From IMG/VR virus record IMGVR_UViG_2751185836_000001: 64,000 bases of DNA; one strand, written 5' to 3'. A program made the translations under genes and the position numbers. This document shows positions 10,501 to 20,161 of the stretch, one piece after another (within the stretch, counting starts at the first letter, position 1; every line of letters starts with the position of its first letter). The notes under the pieces were generated by a model. The model saw only the letters and a program-made list of their open reading frames with translations, was not told where the DNA came from and ran no database searches. Source of the DNA: a virus. Taxonomy: Duplodnaviria > Heunggongvirae > Uroviricota > Caudoviricetes.

Positions 10501-10794
10501 ATGCCATTTACTAAAATTAATGTTCAAGATGAAATTGAAAAAAGAAAAGCAGGCTCCAAATCTTTTGCGAAGGCATGGGATGAAAGTCGCAATGAGTACG
10601 AATTGATTGGGGAAATGATTAAATTGCGGAAAAGCGAGAAAATTACACAGAGCCAGTTAGCCGCAATAACAGGAACAAAACAGCAAGTCATCTCAAGAGT
10701 AGAAAAAAAAGAGACAAATCCCTCTTTAAGGTTGGTTTGCCGTATGTTAAATGCCCTTGGTTATGAATTGAAGATTGTGAAAAAGGCAAGGTAA
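10501..10794 (+). CDS. XRE-family HTH antitoxin (HigA-like) candidate
   Basis: ITQSQLAAITGTKQQVISRVEKKETNPSLRLVCRMLNALGYEL is a canonical HTH_3. 12-bp spacing from the upstream toxin-like ORF. Confidence 0.6.
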   Translation: MPFTKINVQDEIEKRKAGSKSFAKAWDESRNEYELIGEMIKLRKSEKITQSQLAAITGTKQQVISRVEKKETNPSLRLVCRMLNALGYELKIVKKAR

Positions 10795-10795
10795 A

Positions 10796-11212
10796 ATGAT
10801 TGCAATATTCATGCTTGATGATAGAAAAGGAATGACGTTCAATCACAGAAGGCAGAGCCGGGACAGCAAGGTCATAGACAAAATCCTGGAACTGGCCGGG
10901 CATGGAACGATCCGGATGTCGCCCTATACAGCGCCGTTGTTTGAAGGGGCACAGGCTGATGCCCGTATTCAAGTGTCGGACCATTTTCTCGAAGAGGCCC
11001 AGGACAATGATTTCTGTGTTATTGAACGAGAACCTTCCTTCAATATAAATAAGGTAAAGAAATTGATCATATTCTGGTGGAACCGGAAGTATCCGGGAGA
11101 CGTTTTCTTCTCCGTGGATTTGGAAAACGGAACCTGGTTCCGCGAGTGTGTGGAAGAGTTTGCGGGATCCTCGCATGAGAAGATTACTATGGAGATTTAT
11201 AAAAGAAATTAA
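10796..11212 (+). CDS. hypothetical protein
   Basis: 138-aa ORF starting 2 nt after the antitoxin stop. It contains one copy of the GGAACCTGGTTCC palindrome in its coding sequence. Confidence 0.4.
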   Translation: MIAIFMLDDRKGMTFNHRRQSRDSKVIDKILELAGHGTIRMSPYTAPLFEGAQADARIQVSDHFLEEAQDNDFCVIEREPSFNINKVKKLIIFWWNRKYPGDVFFSVDLENGTWFRECVEEFAGSSHEKITMEIYKRN

Positions 11213-11237
11213 ACGAGGATGCCACAAAGGCACCCTC

Positions 11238-11906
11238 TTATTTTATGCTTTTGAAGCCGTCCAGGCACTCGTTGTATAGAAATTTTTTTAACTCTTCAGC
11301 TTTGGTATCATCCTCATAATAGCAGACGAGCAGGGTGAAGAACTCCTCTAGCCGCTCCTGGGAGACGGACAATACACCACAGCCATGCTGGATAAGAAGC
11401 TTGTTGGCTGCAAGCATGGCAATCCGCTTGTTTCCGTCATAGAAAAGCTGGCTTTTTGTCAGATACAGCATAAGGTCCAGCGCCCTCTCAGTCCACTCTC
11501 TGTTAGAAGAGAGGATGCTGCTGATAGCTTCTTCCACCTTATTCTGGACAGGGACGGGGGGAATGTAAATGCTGCCAGCAATCCGCACTTCATCCATCCG
11601 AAGAGAGCCGGAGTTTATGACTGTCATCCTTCCAATGATCAGGTGAAGCTTCTTTATATAGGTCAGATCCAGTGGGGTGTCTATGGTGTCGAACACCATC
11701 TGCCACCCATGCTTGAGCTGGACAATGCTGTTGATATCATCTATGCTTTTCCCCTGAACGCTGATGCCCTCGACAATTGTCTGTGTCTCAGGAAACGTCA
11801 CGCCGATACCTTCCAGGTTGGCGGACTTCCAAATGTAATCAACAAGATTTCTTTTAGCCCAGAAGATATTCTCTTCCCGGCTCATAGAATATTTTTTTTC
11901 GTACAT
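11238..11906 (-). CDS. Fic/Fido-like domain protein (degenerate Fic motif FYDGNKRIAM)
   Basis: Start at the internal ATG with GGAGGAAATA RBS (not the 238-aa track start). The motif LFYDGNKRIAMLAANKLL resembles HPFxDGNGRxxR with substitutions. Confidence 0.45.
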   Translation of the reverse strand: MYEKKYSMSREENIFWAKRNLVDYIWKSANLEGIGVTFPETQTIVEGISVQGKSIDDINSIVQLKHGWQMVFDTIDTPLDLTYIKKLHLIIGRMTVINSGSLRMDEVRIAGSIYIPPVPVQNKVEEAISSILSSNREWTERALDLMLYLTKSQLFYDGNKRIAMLAANKLLIQHGCGVLSVSQERLEEFFTLLVCYYEDDTKAEELKKFLYNECLDGFKSIK

Positions 11907-12131
11907 ATTATTTCCTCCATAAAAAAATATACCGAATACCAGAAGAGAAAGCAAGAGCTCAAAAGCAAACTCTCCTGTTATTTTGTTTTCTGCACATTAA
12001 ATTGAGCAAACCTGCGCAATAAAATACTCCAGGCATTTAAGATTGTCCCGGTATAAGTTGTGGAGGTTCACCGCAGAAAATGCCTCTTCACCGGGATTTG
12101 ATACTATATAAAAGAGCCAAGGAGGAATAGT

Positions 12132-12515
12132 ATGTTATTACCTGTAAGAGGAACCTATGAGAATAAAGTATTTTATGTAAGTGCTATGACCTACCAGCAG
12201 ATTGCAGACCATGTAGAGATTTGCAATGTATCACAGGAAGCTAATGCGAGCAAAGATGCGGACAGTGATCATCCAGAGCCTTTGCTGCTAAGTGTAAATA
12301 GTGGAAATCCAGACTGGTATGAGATGCGATATGCACCGACCGAAGGAGAGAAATACGATGGATTTGGCCTGCTAGAGATATCTGATAAGGAAAAATTCCG
12401 GCCTGTAAATGATCCTGAGCGAGTGATCGGGATCAGGGAAGCGCTCTGTCAGGATAAGAGCCTCGCAGGGCAGCAAATCCCCGTTATGCTAGTGGCCGGC
12501 AAGCTAGAAAAGTAA
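12132..12515 (+). CDS. hypothetical protein (partner of downstream AAA ATPase)
   Basis: RBS AAGGAGGAATAG. 127 aa. Followed 20 bp later by the AAA gene. Confidence 0.5.
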   Translation: MLLPVRGTYENKVFYVSAMTYQQIADHVEICNVSQEANASKDADSDHPEPLLLSVNSGNPDWYEMRYAPTEGEKYDGFGLLEISDKEKFRPVNDPERVIGIREALCQDKSLAGQQIPVMLVAGKLEK

Positions 12516-12534
12516 TAAGAGAGGAGTAAATTAC

Positions 12535-13416
12535 GTGAACGATTTTGAGAAAACACTTATCGACGCAGTATGCAGGAACGACCTGCGCAAGGCAAAGGAA
12601 ATAGCGAAGACCATATTGGAGCGGGACAAGACCCAGAAGAACCGGGCGTTTGTGAACTCCCGTCTGGCTCTTCTTAACAATTCTGCCATGAACCTGATGG
12701 AGTTACCAGCTAATCTTCAGAATATCCTTATCATGGAAGACGTTTCATTGTCTTTTAATGAAGAACGGTATTTTCTGAGCTTTAGGGAAGAGGACGTGGC
12801 CGCAAAGATATCCCTTATCAATAAGGCGTCACAGAAGCTGGCAGAGCTTGGGATCCGGTATCTCAATACAGTCCTTCTATATGGAGAGAGCGGAACCGGC
12901 AAGACCACTTTTGGTCGTTATATTGCCTACAAGATGGGCGTCCCCTTTGCTTATCTTAATTTCGGCCATGCGATCGACAGTTATTTGGGTGGCACACAGA
13001 AGAATATCTCACGGGCCTTCTCCTATGTGGCCCAGCAGAAATGCGTGTTCATGTTAGATGAGATTGACGCCATCGGGATGCGCCGTGGCGGCAGGGAAGA
13101 GGTTGGTGAGATGTCCCGGATCGTGATCACCCTCATGCAGTGCCTGGACACGCTGCCTAATGACGTCATCGTTCTGGGTGCCACGAACCGGCCGGATGTC
13201 ATAGACGAAGCACTTATGCGGCGCTTCTCAACCAAGCACGAGATCAAACGGCTGGATTACTATGAGAGAAAAGCCATGGTCAGCCGGTTCCTTCGGGATG
13301 TTGGGTATGACTATGACGGGGATTTCCTGGAGGAACTGTGTCAGCCAGACCGTACCCAGGCGGAGTTAATGAGTGAGCTCATTGAGGCGCTGGTCAGGAA
13401 ATACATTGCCGAGTAA
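12535..13416 (+). CDS. AAA+ family ATPase
   Basis: Walker A LYGESGTGKTT, Walker B VFMLDEIDAIG, sensor/arginine finger region VLGATNRPDVIDEALMRRF. GTG start with GAGAGGAG RBS. Confidence 0.75.
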   Translation: MNDFEKTLIDAVCRNDLRKAKEIAKTILERDKTQKNRAFVNSRLALLNNSAMNLMELPANLQNILIMEDVSLSFNEERYFLSFREEDVAAKISLINKASQKLAELGIRYLNTVLLYGESGTGKTTFGRYIAYKMGVPFAYLNFGHAIDSYLGGTQKNISRAFSYVAQQKCVFMLDEIDAIGMRRGGREEVGEMSRIVITLMQCLDTLPNDVIVLGATNRPDVIDEALMRRFSTKHEIKRLDYYERKAMVSRFLRDVGYDYDGDFLEELCQPDRTQAELMSELIEALVRKYIAE

Positions 13417-13742
13417 GAAGCTGGATATATTTGCCTTTTACTCAGCAAAAAGGTAAGATATAAGCAGTAGAATTATCGTAAGAACGGAGGAAAATCCTAT
13501 GAGAAACCCAAAATATATTATCCTGTATCCTGGCTGCGACGCTTTCATTTGCCGGGTGCGGGCAGGAAACCGACACAACAGAACCGATACAGCAGACCCA
13601 GGAGCAAGCGGATCCTTCACAGACAGACATTCCAGACTCTGGAGACCAGAGCTCTTCCATATCCCTTACAGACATCCCGGCGTATGATGGAGAGCCGTAT
13701 GTAGCGATCAATGACAATCAGCCGGATTTCTCGGAGGAGGAC

Positions 13743-14483
13743 ATGGCGACCAACTCCTTTGAGACCTACAGTGACTTGGACTCTTTGGGCAGGTGCGGCG
13801 TGGCTTACGCCAATATCGGGCAGGATCTGATGCCTTCGGAAGACAGGGGCAATATCAGTGATGTGAAGCCCTCTGGCTGGCAGTCCGTTGAATATGAGGG
13901 GATTGATGGCGGGTATCTCTATAACCGTTGTCATCTGATCGGTTTTCAGCTTACCGCCGAAAATGCCAATGAAAAAAATCTCATCACAGGGACCAGATAT
14001 CTGAATGTGGAGGGGATGCTACCTTTTGAGAATATGGTGGCTGACTATATCCAGGAGACAGGGAACCATGTTCTTTACAGGGTAACACCAATATTCAATG
14101 GAGACGATCTGGTGGCCAGCGGAGTCCAGATGGAAGCGAAATCCGTGGAGGACGACGGGGCTGGTATCCTGTTCAATGTCTTCTGCTATAACGTGCAGCC
14201 CGGGATCACGATCGACTACGCCACCGGAAACAGCCAGCTTACTGGGGATACCAGCGTGGGCGGCGCAGAGTCACAGACAGGAACCACCGGATCAGAGGCT
14301 TCTGATAACACGCAGCAGGCAAGCGAGAGTACATATATCCTGAACACGAATACAATGAAATTCCATCGCCCGGACTGCTCCAGCGTGAGCCAGATGAGTG
14401 AGAGCAATAAGGGAGAATTCACCGGGACGAGAGATGAACTGATCGCTCAGGGGTATGAGCCTTGCAAGAACTGCAATCCGTAA
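13743..14483 (+). CDS. DNA/RNA non-specific endonuclease (Endonuclease_NS_2 / DNA-entry nuclease family), likely a lipoprotein with a frameshifted 5' end
   Basis: Motif YNRCHLIGFQLTAENANEKNLITGTRYLN matches the DRGHLIA..NLxPQ..N nuclease signature. C-terminal KFHRPDC...CKNC metal-binding motif. Upstream in another frame (13499-13560) lies MRNPKYII / LSCILAATLSFAGC, a lipoprotein signal with lipobox FAGC. Confidence 0.6.
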   Translation: MATNSFETYSDLDSLGRCGVAYANIGQDLMPSEDRGNISDVKPSGWQSVEYEGIDGGYLYNRCHLIGFQLTAENANEKNLITGTRYLNVEGMLPFENMVADYIQETGNHVLYRVTPIFNGDDLVASGVQMEAKSVEDDGAGILFNVFCYNVQPGITIDYATGNSQLTGDTSVGGAESQTGTTGSEASDNTQQASESTYILNTNTMKFHRPDCSSVSQMSESNKGEFTGTRDELIAQGYEPCKNCNP

Positions 14484-14504
14484 CACGTAACAGGAGGAAA
14501 TGGT

Positions 14505-14792
14505 GTGGATGTCAAAGAAAAGCTACTGAGGAAGTGTGGTTTTCTCCAGAACACTTATGAGGAAGGCCAGTTCTGGGAGTTGGTCGTGGAAGATGACGAT
14601 GAAAGGAAGCGGCGCATCTGTGAGGCTTTTGGTGCCGATAAAGACCTGGGGCTGTCCGTGGATGACATTGACACTTTGATCCTTCAGTGCGACTCCTCTC
14701 TGGATAATTGCATATTTTATTACGACCTCAATCTATTTCATCTGAGTCCATACGAGTTTTTCCAGTGTCTGGAAACCTTCCAGAGATCATAA
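14505..14792 (+). CDS. hypothetical protein
   Basis: GTG start 7 nt after AGGAGG. 95 aa, acidic. Confidence 0.45.
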   Translation: MDVKEKLLRKCGFLQNTYEEGQFWELVVEDDDERKRRICEAFGADKDLGLSVDDIDTLILQCDSSLDNCIFYYDLNLFHLSPYEFFQCLETFQRS

Positions 14793-14819
14793 GGAACTAA
14801 AAGTAAGGAGGAATACTAT

Positions 14820-15044
14820 ATGGTTGCAAGAGGGCCTTTATATCTACAGAAAATGAGTGATGCACAACTCATCGAACACATGGAAATGGTTGAGGGTGTC
14901 AGGATATCTGGAAAGATATCAGAGCAGTTAAGAAATATCTGGGATGCCTGGTATGCTACCTCCGATCAGGCAGAGCTGGCAACGCTTTTCCGGGATACAT
15001 ATTTAGAGGCTGCATATCGGTTTTATCAAATAGTGCAAAAATAA
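14820..15044 (+). CDS. hypothetical protein
   Basis: RBS AAGGAGGAATAC. 74 aa. Confidence 0.45.
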   Translation: MVARGPLYLQKMSDAQLIEHMEMVEGVRISGKISEQLRNIWDAWYATSDQAELATLFRDTYLEAAYRFYQIVQK

Positions 15045-15084
15045 TAATATATCGATTATCATATAAGTAAAATGAAGGAGTATT

Positions 15085-15735
15085 ATGTTTTCAAAACGAG
15101 ATTTGGAAAATGTCATAGCTATCTGTGAGCAGGACGAGGATGCCCCGGCTCAGGCGGGCCGACTTAAGGAGCGTTGTGAGAGAGCGCTTGCATATCGGGA
15201 CTGTGAAATCCATATTACTGAGGAAGACAAGAGGTTTTTGTCTCAGTATTACGATGAGGATATGGATCCGGAGGCAAAGGAGACCCTTGACAAGGTTTTG
15301 GGCGGCGGAAAAAGCGATGTCCTAGGGAAAAGGGTCTGGATCTCGAAGCTGGCCCTCTCAAAAGGCGTGTACGAGATGGAGGTCGTCCGTGTATCTGAGG
15401 ACGGTAAAACCGTGTACGGACATGTCTGGAACGAGGCATATCGAGGCGAAGGCAGGGAGTGGCACCGGACAAAAGCGGAGGCTATGAAGAGGGCAAAAGT
15501 CCTCAAGGAAAAGAAGATTGCATCACTGAGAAAGCAGATCGATAAGATTTCAGCGCTGGACTTTGGCAACTTTGGCAATGTACCGGACAAGACAAACGAG
15601 GAGAGGATCAAAGAGATGTCAACGGAAGAACTGGCTGAGTATCTTTGCGCGGAAGGCTGGAAGATGAGTGATTACCAGGAGTGCCTTGCGTGGCTGCGTC
15701 ACAATCAAGAACAGGGAAAAGGAGATCTCATATGA
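15085..15735 (+). CDS. hypothetical protein
   Basis: RBS GAAGGAG. 216 aa. Confidence 0.5.
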   Translation: MFSKRDLENVIAICEQDEDAPAQAGRLKERCERALAYRDCEIHITEEDKRFLSQYYDEDMDPEAKETLDKVLGGGKSDVLGKRVWISKLALSKGVYEMEVVRVSEDGKTVYGHVWNEAYRGEGREWHRTKAEAMKRAKVLKEKKIASLRKQIDKISALDFGNFGNVPDKTNEERIKEMSTEELAEYLCAEGWKMSDYQECLAWLRHNQEQGKGDLI

Positions 15736-16652
15736 TTTATGCATTGACAATGACGCAAAATCAGGCTTCTGTCTTTCAAAAAGCCTGCTCTGAATACGAA
15801 GAACTGAGGTGGAACAAATGGAAAGCATTTGTGGAAGATGTGGGAAGCTCTGTCGGACAAAGTACCAGAGAACAGGCCTTAGAGGCGTTTGAAGGGGCTA
15901 TGCGGACTGCGTTTGGAAACATACCGACAAGGCCCACGGATGAAATGGAACATGCATTTTCCTTATCTTTCTATATGATGCCCCAGCTTCTGGAGATGGA
16001 CGAAGATGATTATATTACACTGGAGATGGACCAGGATCAAACTGAATTCGTACAAATGGTTTTGGAGGAATACTTTCGTCTGCGTCTCAATCAGTGGTTC
16101 GACTTTGCTACAGAAGTAGCTTGTAATGGCTATGTCTACGACAAGGAAGACCCGGACAATGGCAAGAAGTTTTCCGCTTATATAAAACGGAGGGATGCCT
16201 CCAAAGATAAATTTGAAAAAGCCATGCAGATGCTCGTGCCAAGATACGGGCGGCAGACAGAAGACATGCTGATCGCTCAGGACATCTGGCAGGTCATCCG
16301 GTACAGGCTGTATCTGGACAAGGGAGGGGACCCAAACGGGGCTGTCGTGGACGCTCGTCCGCCTATGCAGATTTCGCAGGAGCCTCTCCCGGAGTTTATA
16401 CGCAAAAAAAAGGAGTATAGGATGGCAGATAAGGATGGTAATCGACAGCTCACGCTGGCAGAGAAATGGGCAATCGATGCCATGGCATATGAGTCCGGCG
16501 CAAAGGTAAAGACTGGAAAACAACCCTGCAATGGGTGTATGTACCAAATAAAGGGAGATGCGCTGCATTGCGGGATTTATACTAAAGAACGGAAACCAAA
16601 ACCTGTCCTGTTCGGGCATGAGAAGTGTCCTAAATACAGGGAGGAAAAATAA
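15733..16652 (+). CDS. hypothetical protein
   Basis: ATG overlaps the upstream stop (ATGA). 306 aa. The track start at 15681 lacks an RBS. Confidence 0.5.
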
Positions 16653-16653
16653 T

Positions 16654-17097
16654 ATGAGTAAACGTGGACTATCCGCCTTGAGAAAAGGTGTTATAATATT
16701 TCTCCTATTTGCCAGTATATTATCCGACGTGGGATGCAGAGTAGAAAGAGACTCCGTAGAGGAGCCTGACCATTTAACGCAAAGACAGGAGGAGCTACTG
16801 GAAGAAATGGGCCTCCCGACAGAGTATGACAGTCTCACGGACTCGCAGAAGAACGCGATCACATCCATTGAGGATTGCCTTACATATCTGGAGGACAAAT
16901 ATCACGAGGAATTCCGCTATCTGTCTTATGCGAAAGCAGGTCCGCTAGAAGAGGAGCATCTGGAGGCATATCCGGCGTCAGAAACACCATCAGATGTGGT
17001 AACAGTGTACCGGACGTATGAGGACGGAGAGTATCATTACGAAGATGATTACAATAACCAAGCGGGAAAGCTGCCACTGGTAACAGTGTGCAGATGA
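16654..17097 (+). CDS. putative lipoprotein with C-terminus supplied by IS-B left end
   Basis: RBS GGGAGGAAAAATAAT. N-terminus MSKRGLSALRKGVIIFLLFASILSDVGC is a signal peptide plus Cys. The last about 15 codons (DYNNQAGKLPLVTVCR*) lie inside the IS-B LE that starts after TTAC at 17049..17052. Confidence 0.5.
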   Translation: MSKRGLSALRKGVIIFLLFASILSDVGCRVERDSVEEPDHLTQRQEELLEEMGLPTEYDSLTDSQKNAITSIEDCLTYLEDKYHEEFRYLSYAKAGPLEEEHLEAYPASETPSDVVTVYRTYEDGEYHYEDDYNNQAGKLPLVTVCR

Positions 17098-17147
17098 TAG
17101 CGCAACTATTAGTAAAAGCATCATTGACTCACAAGAGGAACAGTAAC

Positions 17148-18623
17148 ATGGCGCGTACCCGAACAGACAGCTTTATACTCGAACTGAAATTGAAGACTTC
17201 CCCGGCTGATGTCGCATACCTGGAAAAGTGCTTCTCCGCGGGCCACAGTATCTACAATATACTGGTCAGGCACTGCCGTGGGCGGATCGCTTCCCTCCGG
17301 CAGGACCAGACCTACCGGGAACTGCTGGCTGAATACCGCACCCTGCAAGAAGGAAATGAACGCAAGGCCGTAGCAGAACGGTTAAAAGTCCTCGTCGCTG
17401 CCTATGGGCTGACAGAATACAGCCTCCATTCCTTTGTAAAAGGACAGCAGAAAAAGCATAAAAATTACATCAACAGCCTGGTGGCACAAAAGATCGCCTC
17501 GTCCGTCTGGAAAGGCGTGGAAAAAGTCCTATACGGGAACGGAAAGTTTTTGCACTTCCGGAAATATACAGAGTTTGTTTCCCTGGAAGGAAAGAACAAC
17601 AGCACCGGGTTTATTTTCCAGGACGGCATTTTAAAAGTGAACAGTAGGCCCATTTATGTGTCACGTCATAAGAGAGACGGGTCCACCTCCCGCTTGTATG
17701 AAGATGAAGCTTTAAAGCAACGCGTAAAATACTGCCGGCTGGTGCGCAGGCCGATCGGCTCCTCCTGGCATTATTATGTCCAATTAGTCCTGGAAGGGAC
17801 GGCACCCGTCAAACACAGACTTGGGAGTGGCCGGGCCGGCCTGGATATCGGGACTTCCACGGCGGCGGTGGCTACAAGGCAAGAATGTATCCTCACGGTG
17901 CTGGGGGAAAGTGTTGAGGACATCGAAAAAGAACAGCGCCGCCTGCTCCGGAAAATGGACCGGTCCCGCCGGGCCATGAACCCGTGGAACTATAACCCTG
18001 ACGGCACGGTCAGGAAGGGGCGGAAGAAATGGATCAACAGCGCCCATTACCGCAGGATGCGCATGGAATACGCCTCCCTTCGCCGGAAACGGGCGGCTGC
18101 CCTGAAGCAGTGGCAGGAAGCTATGGCAAACCGGATCGTAAGCCAATGCGACACCTTGTATGTGGAGAAGATGAACTTCAAAAGCCTGCAGAGGAGGGCA
18201 AAAACATCAAAAGTTAAGGAAAACGGGAAACACACCAGGAGGAAGCGGTTCGGGAAGAGCCTGCAGGCCCGTGCACCCGCCCAGTTCTGCCGAACGCTGA
18301 AACGGAAGCTGGAAGCCCTGGGCGGCCAATATCTGGAAGTGGATACCAGAGCCTTCCGGGCCAGCCAGTATGACCATGTAACTGATACCTATACAAAGAA
18401 AAAACTCTCCAGACGCCACAATATCATCGATGGACGGTGGGTCCAGAGAGACCTGTATTCCGCTTTCCTTTTGAGCAACAGCGCTGAAGACCTGGCCCAC
18501 GCGGACAGGGATCGCTGTAACGAAACATTTGACCTTTTCCTTAAGAACCACGACGCCTGCGTTGCCAAGATCCGTAACACGAAAACAAAGATACCACGCA
18601 GCTTTGGGTTCCAAGCTGCATGA
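17148..18623 (+). CDS. tnpB: TnpB-like RNA-guided endonuclease (OrfB) of IS element B; RuvC-I/II/III residues present, zinc-finger degenerate
   Basis: N-terminus MARTRTDSFILELKLKTS..LEKCFSAGHSIYNILV matches the TnpB N-terminal pattern. GLDIGTST is RuvC-I, LYVEKMNF is RuvC-II, QRDLYSAFLL is RuvC-III. The expected CxxC..CxxC is replaced by RAFRASQYDH. Confidence 0.75.
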   Translation: MARTRTDSFILELKLKTSPADVAYLEKCFSAGHSIYNILVRHCRGRIASLRQDQTYRELLAEYRTLQEGNERKAVAERLKVLVAAYGLTEYSLHSFVKGQQKKHKNYINSLVAQKIASSVWKGVEKVLYGNGKFLHFRKYTEFVSLEGKNNSTGFIFQDGILKVNSRPIYVSRHKRDGSTSRLYEDEALKQRVKYCRLVRRPIGSSWHYYVQLVLEGTAPVKHRLGSGRAGLDIGTSTAAVATRQECILTVLGESVEDIEKEQRRLLRKMDRSRRAMNPWNYNPDGTVRKGRKKWINSAHYRRMRMEYASLRRKRAAALKQWQEAMANRIVSQCDTLYVEKMNFKSLQRRAKTSKVKENGKHTRRKRFGKSLQARAPAQFCRTLKRKLEALGGQYLEVDTRAFRASQYDHVTDTYTKKKLSRRHNIIDGRWVQRDLYSAFLLSNSAEDLAHADRDRCNETFDLFLKNHDACVAKIRNTKTKIPRSFGFQAA

Positions 18624-18850
18624 TAAAACGGGACCCCGGGCCCGACTGAGTCCGATGCCGCGAATGGTGCCACCAGGTGCCTTGGCATGAAATTCCATGA
18701 TAGAACGGATAACTATAACAAACGGAGTGTCTTTCCCAAAAGGAAATGACAGCTTCCAGAGGAAGCCGCCATTTTCCGAGAGGACATTGCCCAAGTGATG
18801 TTATTTTGTTTTTGGAACCTCCCGCTGGTAACAGCGTGGAGAGCAGTCAG
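18624..18850 (+). ncRNA. predicted omega-RNA scaffold region of IS element B
   Basis: The 227-bp segment between the tnpB stop and the RE terminus is conserved in all B copies and in the MITE. It contains multiple hairpins (CCCGGGCCCG..., GAGGAAGCCGCC...). Flanks diverge exactly after CAGTCAG. Confidence 0.35.
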
Positions 18851-19264
18851 GGAAAGATAGGAGCAAAACCACTGTATGAGAGTAGGGTAAGAGAATATGC
18901 CACTCAATCTTTCCCAGATAGTGGAGTAAAGGTCTTCAGTGATATCAGAAATTCTGGGCAGGGTACAGATAGGCAAAGTGTGACGGAGGAAAATGTGCTC
19001 CAAAAAGTCTCGGCAGTCACATACATCTTTATCTCCGATACTGTATGCACCAAGGAGCAGTTCCAGGATTTTATTGAGGACTGCGCGAAGTGGATGGAAG
19101 GTCAGTGCCAGGGCGTGGCCGCACAGTTCTGTCTGAGGCTCACGGATGTGGCACAGTGGGAGACGATTTACATGTTCAATTATGAAGACAAGCTCAGGGA
19201 AGATATATTTTCGGCTGAGGCCGAGTGTGGGATAACCGCTGCCGGAGAAGTCACGATTTATTAA
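18851..19264 (+). pseudogene. hypothetical gene whose 5' end is replaced by the IS-B right end
   Basis: The reading frame is open from inside the RE through 19264. It has no in-frame ATG for about 80 codons after the IS boundary. The only candidate start is GTG at 18980 with a weak RBS. Confidence 0.25.
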
Positions 19265-19407
19265 CAGGGAAAGCAAATTTAATCAGAGGAGGAAGATTAA
19301 AAAGGCAATTAAATACATTAGCGATGCGGGTCCACAAGGAGCGTTCAGGAAGCGCTCAGTGGAAAGGCGTATCTAACGATGCCCCCTCATTCGCAAAGCA
19401 GGAATAA

Positions 19408-19653
19408 TTGCAGGAATTCCGTGAAGTAGCACTGGAGCGGGATGCCGCCAACACCTCTGAGGAAGAAGATGCGTATGAGTCGGCCGCATATGTGACAGTA
19501 TTTGTTTGCGAGAAGTGTGGAAGCACTTTAACTAATACGGAGCGGGTGGCAACGCATAAGGCCGAAACCGGGCATGAGATTTATCGTGTGGTAACTAAAA
19601 AGGTGGTCACGCAGGAAGAAGCGGCTTCAGGAGTGGATTATAATGCAAAGTGA
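19408..19653 (+). CDS. hypothetical small zinc-finger-like protein
   Basis: 81 aa with CEKCGSTL...HKAETGHEIY (C2H2-like). The only start is TTG just after the upstream stop; RBS weak. Confidence 0.3.
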   Translation: MQEFREVALERDAANTSEEEDAYESAAYVTVFVCEKCGSTLTNTERVATHKAETGHEIYRVVTKKVVTQEEAASGVDYNAK

Positions 19654-20161
19654 AAAAATCGTTTTTCTCGATATCGATGGGGTTCTTAATTATTGCGGTT
19701 GGTACGATGAGGTGAGAGGTTTATCCGGCTACCATGAGCTCTGTCCCCGGAAGCTGGCTCTGCTGAAGGAACTGATCGACCAGACGGGCGCGAAGATCGT
19801 GCTCTCGTCTTCCTGGCGGGACCTGGCAAAAGAAGGGAAGGGAGAACCTCACCCCATGTACAGATATCTGGTGGAGACACTGGGTGATTGCGGCCTAGAG
19901 ATCGTAGACCACACGCCGCATATTAACGATGACCGGCCCCGGGAGATACTGGAATGGATTAAAAGGAACGCAGGTAATCAGGCCAGGTTCATAAGTCTGG
20001 ATGACGACTTTTCGCTCCTGGACTATGAGCGGTACGGGATAGGCGACTGCCTGGTACGCACCTCCTTTTATGAGCCGGACGGGGGCCTGCGGCAGGAGCA
20101 TATCGAGAAAGCTGTCGGGATATTAAGCGGGAATATGCAGCAAGGAGGAAGCTTATCATGA
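19643..20161 (+). CDS. HAD-superfamily phosphatase-like protein
   Basis: IVFLDIDGVLN (HAD motif I DxDG), SSSWR (motif II), SLDDD (motif IV-like). Overlaps the upstream stop. Confidence 0.55.
   Translation: MQSEKIVFLDIDGVLNYCGWYDEVRGLSGYHELCPRKLALLKELIDQTGAKIVLSSSWRDLAKEGKGEPHPMYRYLVETLGDCGLEIVDHTPHINDDRPREILEWIKRNAGNQARFISLDDDFSLLDYERYGIGDCLVRTSFYEPDGGLRQEHIEKAVGILSGNMQQGGSLS

Larger units (their letters stand above)
17053..18850 (+). mobile_element. IS200/IS605-family element B, tnpA-less derivative (LE + tnpB + RE)
   Basis: LE AATAACCAAGCGGGAAAGCTGCCACTGGTAACAGTGTGCAG carries the perfect hairpin CACTGGTAACAGTG and lies immediately 3' of TTAC. RE ends ...CCCGCTGGTAACAGCGTGGAGAGCAGTCAG with the related hairpin CGCTGGTAACAGCG. 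About 93% identical to copies at 29738 and 53810. Confidence 0.7.

Noticed and set aside
10796-11212. Dihydrofolate-reductase-like assignment for the 138-aa protein after the antitoxin
   Set aside because: Only a loose N-terminal IAIFMLDD..G pattern and no conserved DHFR residues are identifiable. Left as hypothetical.
17148-18623. IS-B TnpB-like protein as a nuclease-dead TldR-type repressor
   Set aside because: The RuvC-I Asp (GLDIG), RuvC-II Glu (VEKMN) and RuvC-III Asp (RDLYSA) are all present by pattern matching. Only the zinc finger is degenerate, so loss of nuclease activity is not supported.
17784-18794. Conserved antisense ORFs inside tnpB copies (e.g. 17784..18146 -, 18207..18794 -, repeated in the 30.5-kb and 55-kb copies)
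   Set aside because: Their conservation comes only from the IS being repetitive. They have no RBS and Pro/Gly-rich nonsense-like composition.
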